The notes under the pieces were generated by a model. The model was not told the DNA's origin. It ran no database searches and saw only the letters and a list, made by a program, of their open reading frames with translations. Below are positions 33,206-43,121 of a stretch of 64,000 nucleotides of DNA, piece by piece. This DNA is from Polyangiales bacterium (lineage in GTDB: Bacteria; Myxococcota_A; Polyangia; Polyangiales; JADJQN01), in contig CAXNJO010000007.1 of assembly GCA_964202905.1 (NCBI GenBank), forward strand, positions 1 to 64,000, read 5' to 3'. Both the position numbers and the translations under genes were made by a program. The first letter of the stretch is position 1, and each line of letters opens with the position of its first letter.

Positions 33206-34075
33206 ATGACGAGCACCCAGCGCGAAATCGAGGTGTCCTACGACGTCTCGAACGAGTTCTTCCGGCTCTGGCTGGACGAGCGGATGCACTACACCTCGGC
33301 CAGCTACCTCACGGGCGACGAGACGCTCGAAGAGGCGCAGCTCCAGAAGTGCCGCATCCTCCACGACTACGCCGAGATGACGCCGGACAAGGCGGTGATG
33401 GACATCGGCTGCGGCTGGGGTTCGAACCTCGAGTACCTCGCCTCGCGCGGCGTGAAGAACGCGCACGGCATCACGCTCTCGACGCAGCAGCACGCCGAGA
33501 TCATGGCGCGCAAGCTGCCCGGCGTTGATGCCATCGTCTGTGACTACAAAGACTTCAAGCCCTCGATGCTCGGCCTCGAGAAGTACGACGCGCTCATCTC
33601 GATCGAGATGATCGACCACCTCTGCTCGCCCGCGCAGGCGAACCAGGGGCTCGCCGTCGAGATCTACCGCGAGTATTTCCGCAAGGTCGCGGGCTGGGTG
33701 AAGCCCGGGAGTTACTTCGGCTTCCAGGCGATCCTGCGCGACCGCGTGCCCCGCACGCGCGCCGACATCGCGGACCTCAAGTTCACCGCGGACGTCATCT
33801 TCCCGGGTGGTCTCAATCCCCGCCTCGAAGAGCTGATCATGGCCGTGCGCCCGTACTGGGAGGTCGTCGAGATGCGCACGCAGCGCACTTGCTACGGCAA
33901 GACGACGGGCGAGTGGCTGCGCCGTCTCCGTCTGCACGAGGCGGAGATTCGCGCGACGTACGGCGACGGCGTGTTCGACGACTACGACCGCTATCTGCGC
34001 ACGTGCGTGAAGGCGTTCGACTCGGAGTGGTCGAGCGACGTGCAGATGAAGCTGCGCTGGTGCCGTGCGGAGTGA
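33206..34075 (+). CDS. CFA/mycolic-acid-synthase-family SAM methyltransferase (short form)
   Basis: YDVSNEFFRLWLD..M.Y, DIGCGWG, GITLS..Q and IFPGG. Confidence 0.9.
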   Translation: MTSTQREIEVSYDVSNEFFRLWLDERMHYTSASYLTGDETLEEAQLQKCRILHDYAEMTPDKAVMDIGCGWGSNLEYLASRGVKNAHGITLSTQQHAEIMARKLPGVDAIVCDYKDFKPSMLGLEKYDALISIEMIDHLCSPAQANQGLAVEIYREYFRKVAGWVKPGSYFGFQAILRDRVPRTRADIADLKFTADVIFPGGLNPRLEELIMAVRPYWEVVEMRTQRTCYGKTTGEWLRRLRLHEAEIRATYGDGVFDDYDRYLRTCVKAFDSEWSSDVQMKLRWCRAE

Positions 34076-34082
34076 GCGCCCC

Positions 34083-35306
34083 ATGATCGCGCCGGGCGGC
34101 GCGTCGGCGTCCTCGACGGACCGCTTCGACGTGCTCGTGCTCGGCGCGAGCTATCTCGGCGCGGAGCTCGTGTACCTGCTGCGACGGCGCGCGCCGGCGT
34201 TGCGCGTCGCGGTGGTCGATCGGCAGCGCACGCACGGCTACATCCCGCTCGTGCACGAGCGGCTCGTGAGTCGGCTCGGCTGGGGCGCGAGCGTGCTGCG
34301 CACCGCCGACTTCGTCGCGCGCGAGGGGGCGAGCTTCATCTCTGGCGAGATCGCGTCGCTCGATCCGCAGCGCCGCCGAGTGACGCTTGCGGACGGGCGC
34401 GCGTTGTCGGCGCGCTTCGTCGTCGTCGCGCTCGGCTCGGAGACGACACCGCCCGCGTCGCTGCCGGGGCGCGCGCACTTCCTCGGCCACAAGTTCGCGG
34501 CCGAGACGGACGCGGCGCGGGCGCGGATCGCGGCGGTGCTCGGCGCGCAGGGCGCGGGTGGCGCGCAGCCGCGCGTGGTCGTCGTCGGGGGTGGGATCAG
34601 CGGGCTCGAACTCGCGGGGGAGCTCGCGCACCTCGCGCGCACTCGGCCTGCGGGTTGGCGCGCGCCCGCGGTGACGCTGGTGCACGCGGGTGAGCGGCTC
34701 GTGCCGCATTTCGCGCCGCGCGTGAGCGCGCTCGTCGAGCGGCGTTTGCGCGCACAGGGCGTGACGGTGCGCCACGGCGTGCGCGTCGTCGGCGCGGACG
34801 AGCGCGCGGTGTGCGTGCGCGACGGGGAGGGGCGCGAGGCGCAGCTGCCTGGCGAGCTCGCGTTCTGGTGCGGCGGTGTGCGACCGCCCGCGGTGCTCTC
34901 TGCGCTCGGGCTGCCGCGGACGCCGGACGGCTGGCTCGCGGTGCGGCCGACGCTCGCATGCGGCGCGTTCGGGCCCGATGTGTTCGCGGGCGGAGATTGC
35001 GCGCGCGTCGTCGACGAGCGGGGCGGAGTGTGGCCGACGATGCAGCGCGCGATCGAGGCGTTGTGGGCGGCGGACACGATCGCGGCGCAGATCGCGCGGC
35101 TCGCGAAAGAGCGCCCCGACTACCCGCGCGCGGTGCCCGCGCTGCGGCGGCACCCGCTGCGGCCCGATTTCTTCCACGGCCTCTCGATCGGGCGCGACTC
35201 GCTCGTCGTGCACGGCGCGCATGTGCTCGACCTCGGCCCGATCAACGTGCTGTTTCGGCGCTTTTTGATGTGGGGTTATCTGCGGCGCTACGGGCAGTGG
35301 CGCTGA
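34083..35306 (+). CDS. NDH-2-like FAD/NAD(P) oxidoreductase
   Basis: VLVLGASYLG, VVVVGGGISGLELAGE, WCGGV and VFAGGDCA. Confidence 0.85.
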   Translation: MIAPGGASASSTDRFDVLVLGASYLGAELVYLLRRRAPALRVAVVDRQRTHGYIPLVHERLVSRLGWGASVLRTADFVAREGASFISGEIASLDPQRRRVTLADGRALSARFVVVALGSETTPPASLPGRAHFLGHKFAAETDAARARIAAVLGAQGAGGAQPRVVVVGGGISGLELAGELAHLARTRPAGWRAPAVTLVHAGERLVPHFAPRVSALVERRLRAQGVTVRHGVRVVGADERAVCVRDGEGREAQLPGELAFWCGGVRPPAVLSALGLPRTPDGWLAVRPTLACGAFGPDVFAGGDCARVVDERGGVWPTMQRAIEALWAADTIAAQIARLAKERPDYPRAVPALRRHPLRPDFFHGLSIGRDSLVVHGAHVLDLGPINVLFRRFLMWGYLRRYGQWR

Positions 35307-36323
35307 GTGGCGCTTCCGCGTGCGCGAGGCGCGCGCCTTGACGCAGCGGCGCGGAGGGCCGACAACGCGCGCCGCCCGACGTGCCCGACGACCCCTCGAC
35401 CGACGACTGCGACGCGCCCCGCGCCCACGGCTTCTGCAGCGGCGCCGCCCGCGCTCGGTGTGCACCTCGTGCTCGCCGCGGTGCAGGTCGCGTTCGCGTC
35501 GCTCGCCGTCGCGGGCAAGCTCGCGCTCCGCGAGGTGCCGTCGCCGGCGCTCGCGCTCGTGCGGATCGGCGGGGCGTCGCTCGCTTTCCTCGTCTGGCGG
35601 CGCCTGCGCGGGCCGTTTCCGCGGATGTCGGCGCGCGATCTCGGCCTCCTGACGCTCTGCTCGGTGCTCGGCATCGCGGGGAACCAGCTGCTCTTTCTCG
35701 CGGGGCTCGCGCGCACGACGGCCACGAACGCGGCCGTGCTCTCGGCGGCGATCCCCGTACTCACCGTCGCGGCGGCCGTCGTGCTCGGTCGCGAGCGGCT
35801 CGCGCCTCGTCTCGCGGCGGGGCTCGCGGTCGCGTGCGCGGGGATGCTCTGGCTCGTGGGCGCCGATGGCTTCCGCTTGGAGGGCGGCACGCTCGTCGGC
35901 GATCTGCTGATCGTGCTCAACGCGAGCTGCTACGCGACGTACCTCGTGCTCGTGCGCGAGCCCATCGCGCGCCTCGGCGCGGACGTCGTCGTGCCCGTCG
36001 TCTTCGGGATCGGCGCCCTGCTCACGCTGCCCTTCGGGGCCGTGCCGCTCGCCGCGGTCGCGCCCGGGCTCGGCCCGTCGGCGTGGCTGCTCCTGCTCTA
36101 CGTCGTGCTCGTGCCGACCATCTTCACGTATGGCGCCAACGCCTGGGCGCTGGCGCGCGCGCCCTCGTCGCTCGTCGCGGTCTACATCTACGCGCAGCCC
36201 GTCTGCGCCGCCGCGCTCGCGTACGTGTTCCTCGACGAGCGCCCCGCGCCGCGCGCGTTCGCGGCCGCAGGGCTCGTCTTCGTGGGCATCGGGCTCGCGA
36301 CCTCAGGGCGACGCGCGCGTTGA
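35307..36323 (+). CDS. EamA/DMT-family transporter (start uncertain)
   Basis: About 10 TM helices; GLARTTATNAA, LGRER, GDLL and Y.QPV motifs. Confidence 0.88.
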   Translation: MALPRARGARLDAAARRADNARRPTCPTTPRPTTATRPAPTASAAAPPALGVHLVLAAVQVAFASLAVAGKLALREVPSPALALVRIGGASLAFLVWRRLRGPFPRMSARDLGLLTLCSVLGIAGNQLLFLAGLARTTATNAAVLSAAIPVLTVAAAVVLGRERLAPRLAAGLAVACAGMLWLVGADGFRLEGGTLVGDLLIVLNASCYATYLVLVREPIARLGADVVVPVVFGIGALLTLPFGAVPLAAVAPGLGPSAWLLLLYVVLVPTIFTYGANAWALARAPSSLVAVYIYAQPVCAAALAYVFLDERPAPRAFAAAGLVFVGIGLATSGRRAR

Positions 36324-36423
36324 CGCCGCGAGCGTCGGAGCGCGGCGCGCGTTGACGCCGTGCCGCGCCGCGGGCTAGCGTCGTCGCGCTGCGTCCGCCT
36401 TTTGCGGTGTGGCCCAGGAAGCG

Positions 36424-37137
36424 TGCTCGACGACGATCCCCGCCGCGCTCCCGCGCCGACGTTGCTCCGCGCCACCGGTGGGCGAGCTGGCGGGCCCGCG
36501 GTCGGCGCGGCGCCGGCGTCCGTGCGCGGCTGGTCGCTCGCGCGCGGTGCGCTGCGTGCTCGCCCCGGCGGCTTCGGTCCACCGCGCGTCGAGATGGCGC
36601 TGCGCGAGGACGACGCATCGGCCACGACCGCGCTCCTGTGGATCTCGGCGCGCGGGCTCGGTGGCCTCTTCACGCACGAGCACGTGGCGCCGCGGCCCAC
36701 ACAGCGGGGAGGCCTGCTCGGCTGGTGCCAGCGCCGCATCGACGCATGCCGCGCGTGGCGATTCGTCTTCGTGCTCGGTCGCGCGACGGCCGTCGTTCGC
36801 GTGCCCGCGCGCTGCGAGACGTGGCGCGTGTCGTCGCTCGGGTTCGCGGGCTTCGCGCGGTTCGAGGCGCGCTTCGCGGACGGGGTGCGCGGCTGGCTCG
36901 CGGGTGCCGCCCGCGCGCGCAGCACCCGGGCTCGGGGCGCGGCCGATCGCGCTCGCGCCGCGAGGCTTGGCATCGTTGGGGATGGTCAACGTCCGCCCGC
37001 GCGCGCAGCGCCTCGCGGTCGCCGCATCGTTCTCCCGCGCGCTGTCCGCGTCGCGTCCTTCGATCCTGTCCGTCGCCGTCCCGTCCACGGTCTCTGGCCC
37101 GCTCCTGCGCGCCGCGGACCCGCAGGAGCCCGCATGA
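36424..37137 (+). CDS. Hypothetical protein; probable frameshift near 36920
   Basis: G/C-ending codons dominate the frame of ORF 36360 up to about 36920, then the frame of ORF 36409..37137, whose stop overlaps the next ATG (ATGA). Confidence 0.55.
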   Translation, partial: CSTTIPAALPRRRCSAPPVGELAGPRSARRRRPCAAGRSRAVRCVLAPAASVHRASRWRCARTTHRPRPRSCGSRRAGSVASSRTSTWRRGPHSGEACSAGASAASTHAARGDSSSCSVARRPSFACPRAARRGACRRSGSRASRGSRRASRTGCAAGSRVPPARAAPGLGARPIALAPRGLASLGMVNVRPRAQRLAVAASFSRALSASRPSILSVAVPSTVSGPLLRAADPQEPA

Positions 37138-38471
37138 GCGCGTCCCCGATTCCGAGCGTCGAGCACCTCTACGACCAGTACCGCGCGCCGCGCGCGGGGT
37201 GGTTCACGCGGATGCTCTGGTGGTGCGCCGGCGCGGACCCGCTGATCCTCGGCGTCTGCCCGAACAGCGATCAGGTGAAGTACCAGGGGCTCGGCGGCAT
37301 CGTGCTCGCGACGGGCGTGCTCGCGTTCCTGAGCGGCACATGCGCCTTCTACATGGTGTTCGGCGCGGAGGTCACCGCGACCGGCGCGCGCGCCGCGGTG
37401 CCTTTTCTCCCTGCGAAGGCGGCCGCCGCGGGCTTCGCCTGGAGCCTCGTGATCTTCAACATCGATCGCTTCATCGTCTCGTCGAGCGGCCACGGCGACG
37501 GTACCGACCGCATCACCTTCCGCGAATTGCTCAACGGCCTCCCGCGCATGCTGATGGCGCTCATCATCGGCTTCGTGCTGTCGAAGCCGCTCGAGGTGCG
37601 CGTCTTTCAGGCCGAGGTCGAGGGCAAGCTCGCCGAAGAGATCTCCGCCGACGCCGAGCGGCGCCGCCTCGCGCGCGTGCACGAGCTCGAGATCGAGCGC
37701 GACAACCGCATCGCCGACGTGCAGCGCCAGCTCCGCGAATCGCAGGCGACGGTGGTGTCGCGACGACAGCAGCTCACGCAGGCCACCGAGACGCGTGACC
37801 GCCAGATCGAGACGGTGAATCGCGAGACGATGGGCGACGCGGGGAGTTCGGGGCGTGCGGGGTACGGGCCGCGCGCGGTGGCGCTCAACGCCGAGCTCGC
37901 GCGGCAAAATCAGGAGGTCGAGCGGCTCACGGCGTCCGTGCAGGAGGGCCTGCAGCAGGGGACGGCGCTCGAGCGCGAGATCGCGACGCTGCGCGACCGC
38001 TTCGCGACGCGCATGGAGGCCGCAGGCGAGGCCGCGAAGGCCGACGCGCGCACCATGGTGCGTGATGGTCTCATCCGTCGCATCGACCTCGCGCACCAAC
38101 TCGCTCCCTGGGGCACCTTCGCGCTGACGGTGCTGCTCTGGATGATCGAGCTCGGGCCGATCCTCTTCAAGATGATGGTGATCAAGGGCCCCTACGACTA
38201 CCTCTCCGACGACCTCAAGCGCGTCATCCTCGCGCGCGCGGGCATCGAGGAGCGCGTCGTGCCGGGCACTGACGACAGGCGGAGCACGGAGGGCAAGGCC
38301 GAGCACGTCACGCTGCATCACCGAGCGCTGCACGAGCTCGGCGTGCGCAAGCGCTCCCTCGAACGCGAAGAAGAGCTCGGGCGGCTCGCCGTGGACGAGC
38401 GCGCACGGCAGCTCGAGGCGTCGATCCGCGAGGCCCCGGAGGACTACGTGGTGACGAAGGAGAAGCCCTGA
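37134..38471 (+). CDS. DUF4407-family membrane/coiled-coil protein
   Basis: WWCAGAD..IL...P..D..KY.GLGG, IFNIDRFIVS, SKPLE and G.AGYGP; long coiled coil; IELGPILFK. Confidence 0.85.
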   Translation: MSASPIPSVEHLYDQYRAPRAGWFTRMLWWCAGADPLILGVCPNSDQVKYQGLGGIVLATGVLAFLSGTCAFYMVFGAEVTATGARAAVPFLPAKAAAAGFAWSLVIFNIDRFIVSSSGHGDGTDRITFRELLNGLPRMLMALIIGFVLSKPLEVRVFQAEVEGKLAEEISADAERRRLARVHELEIERDNRIADVQRQLRESQATVVSRRQQLTQATETRDRQIETVNRETMGDAGSSGRAGYGPRAVALNAELARQNQEVERLTASVQEGLQQGTALEREIATLRDRFATRMEAAGEAAKADARTMVRDGLIRRIDLAHQLAPWGTFALTVLLWMIELGPILFKMMVIKGPYDYLSDDLKRVILARAGIEERVVPGTDDRRSTEGKAEHVTLHHRALHELGVRKRSLEREEELGRLAVDERARQLEASIREAPEDYVVTKEKP

Positions 38472-38531
38472 CGCGCGTTCGGCAGAGGCGCGCGGTGGGC
38501 GGTCCCGCAGGGCACCGCGCGGAGGGCACGC

Positions 38532-39250
38532 TTGCTGAGCCGCATCGCGGGCGTGCGGCGGCTGGGACCCCGCGATCGTCGCGTCGCTCGCGGCTGCGCG
38601 CGCAAGCGCAGTTCGCGGTCGCGGCGCTCGGCGTGCTCGCGTCGTCCCTGCTCGCCGGTCTCGGCGCGGGGCGCGGCGGCGCGCGCGCGTTCGGCTCGCC
38701 GTGGGTCGGGGCTGCGGTCGGGCTCGGGGCGGCGTTGCTCTGCCTCTCGACTCACCGCTTCGTCGTGGCCGCGGGGGGCGCGTCGCCCGCGGACGATGCC
38801 GCGGAGGTCGTGCGCTGGCGTCGTTCGCCGTGGTCCGCCCTCTACCTCGTCGTGTTCACGACGCTGCTCGCGGGGCCGCTCGCGCTCGGCATGGGCGGGC
38901 TCGCGGACGCCTTCGCGTACATGCGTCTGTTCGGCCTCGTCGCGTTGGTCGTGGTGTGCGCGGTGCCGCGCCACCGGCCCGCGCCGGGCCTCCTCGCGTA
39001 CGAGCACCTGCGCTGGGCGCTGCGGCGCCGCACGATCCTCGCGAACCACGCGCTCGCCCGCGCCCGCGTCGAGGCGCTGCTTTGCGGGCAGTTCGGCGTC
39101 GCGCTGCGCGACCTCGCCGAGCCCTTCGAGGACGCGCCCTTCGATCGTCGGCCACGCGTCAGCACGCTCGCGCCGCGCGGTCCGATCCAGCGTGGTCGCT
39201 CGCTCGCGGACGCGCTGCGGGCGGGGGCACGTCGAGGCGGGGGCGCTTGA
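38532..39250 (+). CDS. Hypothetical membrane protein, possibly a degenerate DUF4407-like paralog; probable frameshift near the 5' end
   Basis: GGAGG before TTG 38532 (LLSRIAG); about 4 TM helices with HRFVV in the frame of ORF 38495..39250; C-terminal FEDAPF. Confidence 0.6.
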
Positions 39251-40945
39251 TCGGCGCGCGCTGGTACCGCGCCGCGTGCACCGCGCACTTCCGCGGTCGC
39301 TCGGCGGGGTTCGTCACGCGTTCGGACGGCGCGGGCCTCGGCGCGGCCGAGCGCTTCGACATCGAGGCGAGTGAAGCGCGACTCGAGTCGGTCGACGCGC
39401 TCGATGCCCCCCCCGCGCTCACGTCGGAGGGCGCGGGCGGGCTCGGGGCGCCCTTCCGCAGCGGTGGCGTCACCGTGTGGATCGGTGCGACGGGCGAGGG
39501 TGGCGACACCGAGTGGCTCGAGGCACGCGTCGAGACGCTCTGGATCGCGGATTGGGAGGTGCTCGACTCGGTCCGCGACGAGGGGCGCATCGCGGGGCGC
39601 CTGCGCGGGACGGCCTACATCGAGGTGACGGACGAGGCGACGCCGCAGGAGCCGCCGCTCGAGCGGCCCGCCGCCGTGCCCGCCGTGGAAAGCCTCCTCG
39701 GTGCGGGATGCAACGGCGCCCGCGCAACCCACGGAAGCGCATGTTCTGCCGCCGACGGCGCCGAGCACGTGGGATGTCGCGCGCGCTGCGCCCGCCGTGA
39801 GCTCCGGCGCTGTCGATCCGTGGCGCGCGATGGAGGGCGTCGACTTCGGGCTCGGGCGCGTGCGTGGGGGGCGTCGCAGCGGCTGCGCGTGGCTCGGCGG
39901 GGGCGCAGGGATGGGGGCGCTCCTGCTCGGCGGCTGCTGCCTGATCGGCCCAATTTTTCAGGCGATCGCCGGTATCGGCGTCGGCGGCGGGACGCTGCTC
40001 GGCGTCGTCGTCGCCGCGCTCGTCGCGCTCGGGTTGTCGGCCCTCGCGTGGCGTCTCTGGCGCCGCGACGCGACGGCCTCGCGCTCGGGTTGCGGCCCGC
40101 GGGTGCTTGCCATCCTGCTGCTCGTTTGGCTGCTCGGGGGCTGTCTCGCGGCCGCGATGATCGGCATGACGTGGTTCGGTCGCGGTGTGCCGCGCGTCGC
40201 CGCGCCGCTCCTCGGCGGGCTCGATCTCGGCTGCTGGCAGACGGGGATTGGCTATCGCGACCGCGCGGGTGAGCGCATCCGCGTGACCTGCCCGGGCTCG
40301 TGCGCGCTGCACCGCGTGTGGGGGACCGACGTCTACACGGACGACTCGTCGATCTGCGCGGCGGCGCAGCACGCGGGCCTCGTGGCGGGGCGGCGCACGG
40401 CGGTGACGATCCGCGTGCGGGAGGGGCGCGACGCGTACGTCGGCTCGTCGCGACACGGCGTCGAATCGAACGCGTGGGCGCGCTGGGGCGGGAGCTTCTC
40501 GTTCTGCGGTGGGCCGACGCCGGAGACACGCTGCGACGACGCGCCGCCCCGGAGCGTGTCTGCGCCGCCGTCGCGCGCGCCGTCGCACCGCACCCGGGTG
40601 TCGCTCTCGGTGTCGGTGGACCCGCACGCCGAGGGCGGCGCGTCGTGGGACGTCGCGAACGGGCTGCCCGACCTCGCGGTCTGCGTGACCACGGACGCGC
40701 GGCGCTGCGTTCCTGCGGACCGACACGATCGGCCGGGCGTCGTCCAGCGCTGTCGCGACGCGCTGCGCTGTCAGGTGCACGTGCCGATCGACCCGAAAGC
40801 GCGGACGCTCCACGTCGAGGTGATCGATCGCGACCCGGCCGAGAACGATCGGGTGGGCGAGGGGGACTGCGAGTTCGGCGGCTCGTGTCGCGTCGGTCGC
40901 GCACTCGTCACAGTCGGGCCCGGGCCCGCCATGGACGTTCCATGA
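39247..40945 (+). CDS. Membrane protein with LCCL and C2-like domains; probable frameshift near 39690
   Basis: TTG start overlaps the upstream stop; N-terminal beta-rich domain; TM helices; LCCL CPGSC...VWGTDVYTDDSSICAAAQHAG; WD...LPD...V.DRD...ND.VG C2-like motif. Confidence 0.7.
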
Positions 40946-40988
40946 GCGGGGAGCGCGCGCGACCTAGGACTGCGCGCCCCGCCGCCGA

Positions 40989-42381
40989 TCAGAGCGTGCT
41001 GCTCGCGATGACGCCGCGGAGATCGGCGCCGCGGTAGAAGTCCTGCACGCGGCGCAGGTCGCCGCGGGCGACGGCGTAGAGGATCGCGGCGGAGGCCGAG
41101 GAGGCCGTCTGCGCGGGGGACATGTCGGAGGACTCGCCGGTGGTGGGGTTCCAGCCGCGGACGTCGCCGTTGCGGTCGATGCCGCCGAACCAGCCCGTCT
41201 TGAGGCGGCCGTTGCCGAAGACGTACGTCCAGTTGGCGTTGCCGGGGGTGCCGTCGGGCCAGCCGCCGCGGTCGAGCGGGTTCTTCGGCGTGTCGCCGTG
41301 GATCGACATCACGAGGTTGTCGCCGATCTTCGTGCCCGCGCAGCTCGGGTCGTCGAGCGCCATGCAGTCTTCGTAGAAGGCGTCGAGCGTGCGGCCGAGC
41401 GTGCTCACGGTCATCCGCAGGCTGCCCATGTCCCCGAACGCGCCGTGCGGATCGTCCTGGAAGGCGGGGAGCACGACGCTCGAGGTGAGGCCGCGCGAGA
41501 ACGCGCGTGCCGCGATGATCAGGCCGCGCGCGAGCTCGCGGTTCTGCGCGCGGGAGCCGTCCGTGATGCCGTAGCGCGCGAAGTCGTCGGCCGTCGGCGT
41601 GAGCGCGCCGGCGAGGTTGCGCCCGATGAAGCGGGCCGAGCTCGCGCCCGTCGCGAGCGGCGCGCGCTGCGTCGGCAGGCGCGAGGCCGAGCGCAACGCC
41701 GCGAAGGCGCCGTAACTCGACGCGAAGAGCTCCGCGTCGCCGCTGTCCGCGAGCAGCCCGCCCGCGCGCGAGGCCGCGCTGTCGAAGAGGCGCACGATCT
41801 CGCCGGCCGCGCCGACGCGGGCCACGCGCGGGGCGCCGGGGGCGTTGCGATAGGGCGCGCCGCCGACGGCGATCACGGGGACGAGCGAGGGGTTCGCCGT
41901 TTGGATGGCGGCCGCGGCGCCGAACGAGATCGACGTTCATCGCGACGGTCGACGAGGACGCGGGCGTGCGTGTGTGCGTCTCGTTGTTGCCCGACATGAA
42001 CGCGGTGATCTGCTTCTGGCCGGGCAGCGTCTGGAAGGGCGTCTCGGGCGCGAAGGTGAGCGGCTTGTTCGTGCCGGTCGCCATGCGCGAGGCGCCCGGC
42101 GCGTGGAAGGCGAAGCCGTCGTTGCGGGCCGCGGCGACGTCGTTGTGCGGCCAGAGCAGCTGGAACCACGCGAAACCGCCGTCACCCGCGACGATGTGCA
42201 CGGAGCGGTTCGAGACCGCACAGGCCGCGTCGTCGGCGAGCGCCTTGCCGCCCGTGGCGCCGATCACCTCGAAGATCTTCCACTGCGGCACGGCCAGCGC
42301 GGCGCCGGCAGCGAGCGTCCAGCGAATGAAGGCGCGACGGCCGTGCTCGCGGCGCTCATCCTGCTCTCGTCGGGTCGTCAT
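40989..42381 (-). CDS. Tat-exported DUF1501-like protein; one frameshift near 41926
   Basis: GRRAFIR Tat-like signal; AGDGG, DPHG, GDTPK and GGWFGG-like (TGWFGG) motifs. Removing one G joins the two ORFs. Family assignment tentative. Confidence 0.65.
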
Positions 42382-42409
42382 GGTCGTGGCTCCTTGAGGG
42401 GAAGAGGTG

Positions 42410-43111
42410 TCACTCGCAGGTGAAGTTGGCGGCGAGCAGCGAAGCGACGGCGATCTGGCGGCCGCGCTCCGGGGTGCTCGCGCGAGCGACGAAGGTGTCG
42501 CAGAGCGCGACGTGCGTCTCGGTCGCCGGCTCGCCGATCAGACACGAGATGCCGTCCGCGGTGCAGTGCCCGTCGGCGTCGAACATCTCCGTCCCGCGGT
42601 CGCCGATGCGGCACGCGTCGAGCGTGGGCATCGCGGCGATGATCTCGGGGGCGGCCTGTACGAAGAGGTCGAACATGCGCGACGCGGTCGCGACGGTCAC
42701 CTCCGTCGACTCCGCGACGCGCGCGCCGTAGTTGGGCGCGCCGAGCGCTTGATCGGACTCGCGGTAGAGCGCCCCCGCGCCGTCGCCCGAGAGGTTCACG
42801 CCGCGCGACGCGAGCACGCGACCGAGCGTCGCGTAGGGCAGCTTGCGGCACGAATGCACGCGGGTGGTGTAGCCGGGGGGGCCCTCTTCTTCGATGCGCG
42901 CGAGCGCTTCGCGGACGTCGGTGGTCACGTCGCCGAGCGCGGCCGGGTGGTCGAAGGTGCCCTCCGTCCCGCTCGCGGTCCCGCCGCCTGTGGTGACCGG
43001 GGGCTCCGGGAGCGCGCCGACGAGGTCGGGCGGGGTGGTGAAGGAGTTGCCTTCGCCGCAGGCGGCGAGGGCGAGGAGGGCGGTGAGGCAGGCGAGGCGG
43101 CGCTGGATCAT
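42410..43111 (-). CDS. Hypothetical lipoprotein with five Cys in the mature region
   Basis: Lipobox LAAC; FDHP and HSCRKL; ends FTCE. Confidence 0.8.
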   Translation of the reverse strand: MIQRRLACLTALLALAACGEGNSFTTPPDLVGALPEPPVTTGGGTASGTEGTFDHPAALGDVTTDVREALARIEEEGPPGYTTRVHSCRKLPYATLGRVLASRGVNLSGDGAGALYRESDQALGAPNYGARVAESTEVTVATASRMFDLFVQAAPEIIAAMPTLDACRIGDRGTEMFDADGHCTADGISCLIGEPATETHVALCDTFVARASTPERGRQIAVASLLAANFTCE

Positions 43112-43121
43112 GGCGGGCTCC

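Noticed and set aside
36360..38471. A single 703-aa DUF4407 protein
   Set aside because: Codon bias changes frame near 36920, and a GGAG plus ATGA overlap at 37134 marks a separate start.
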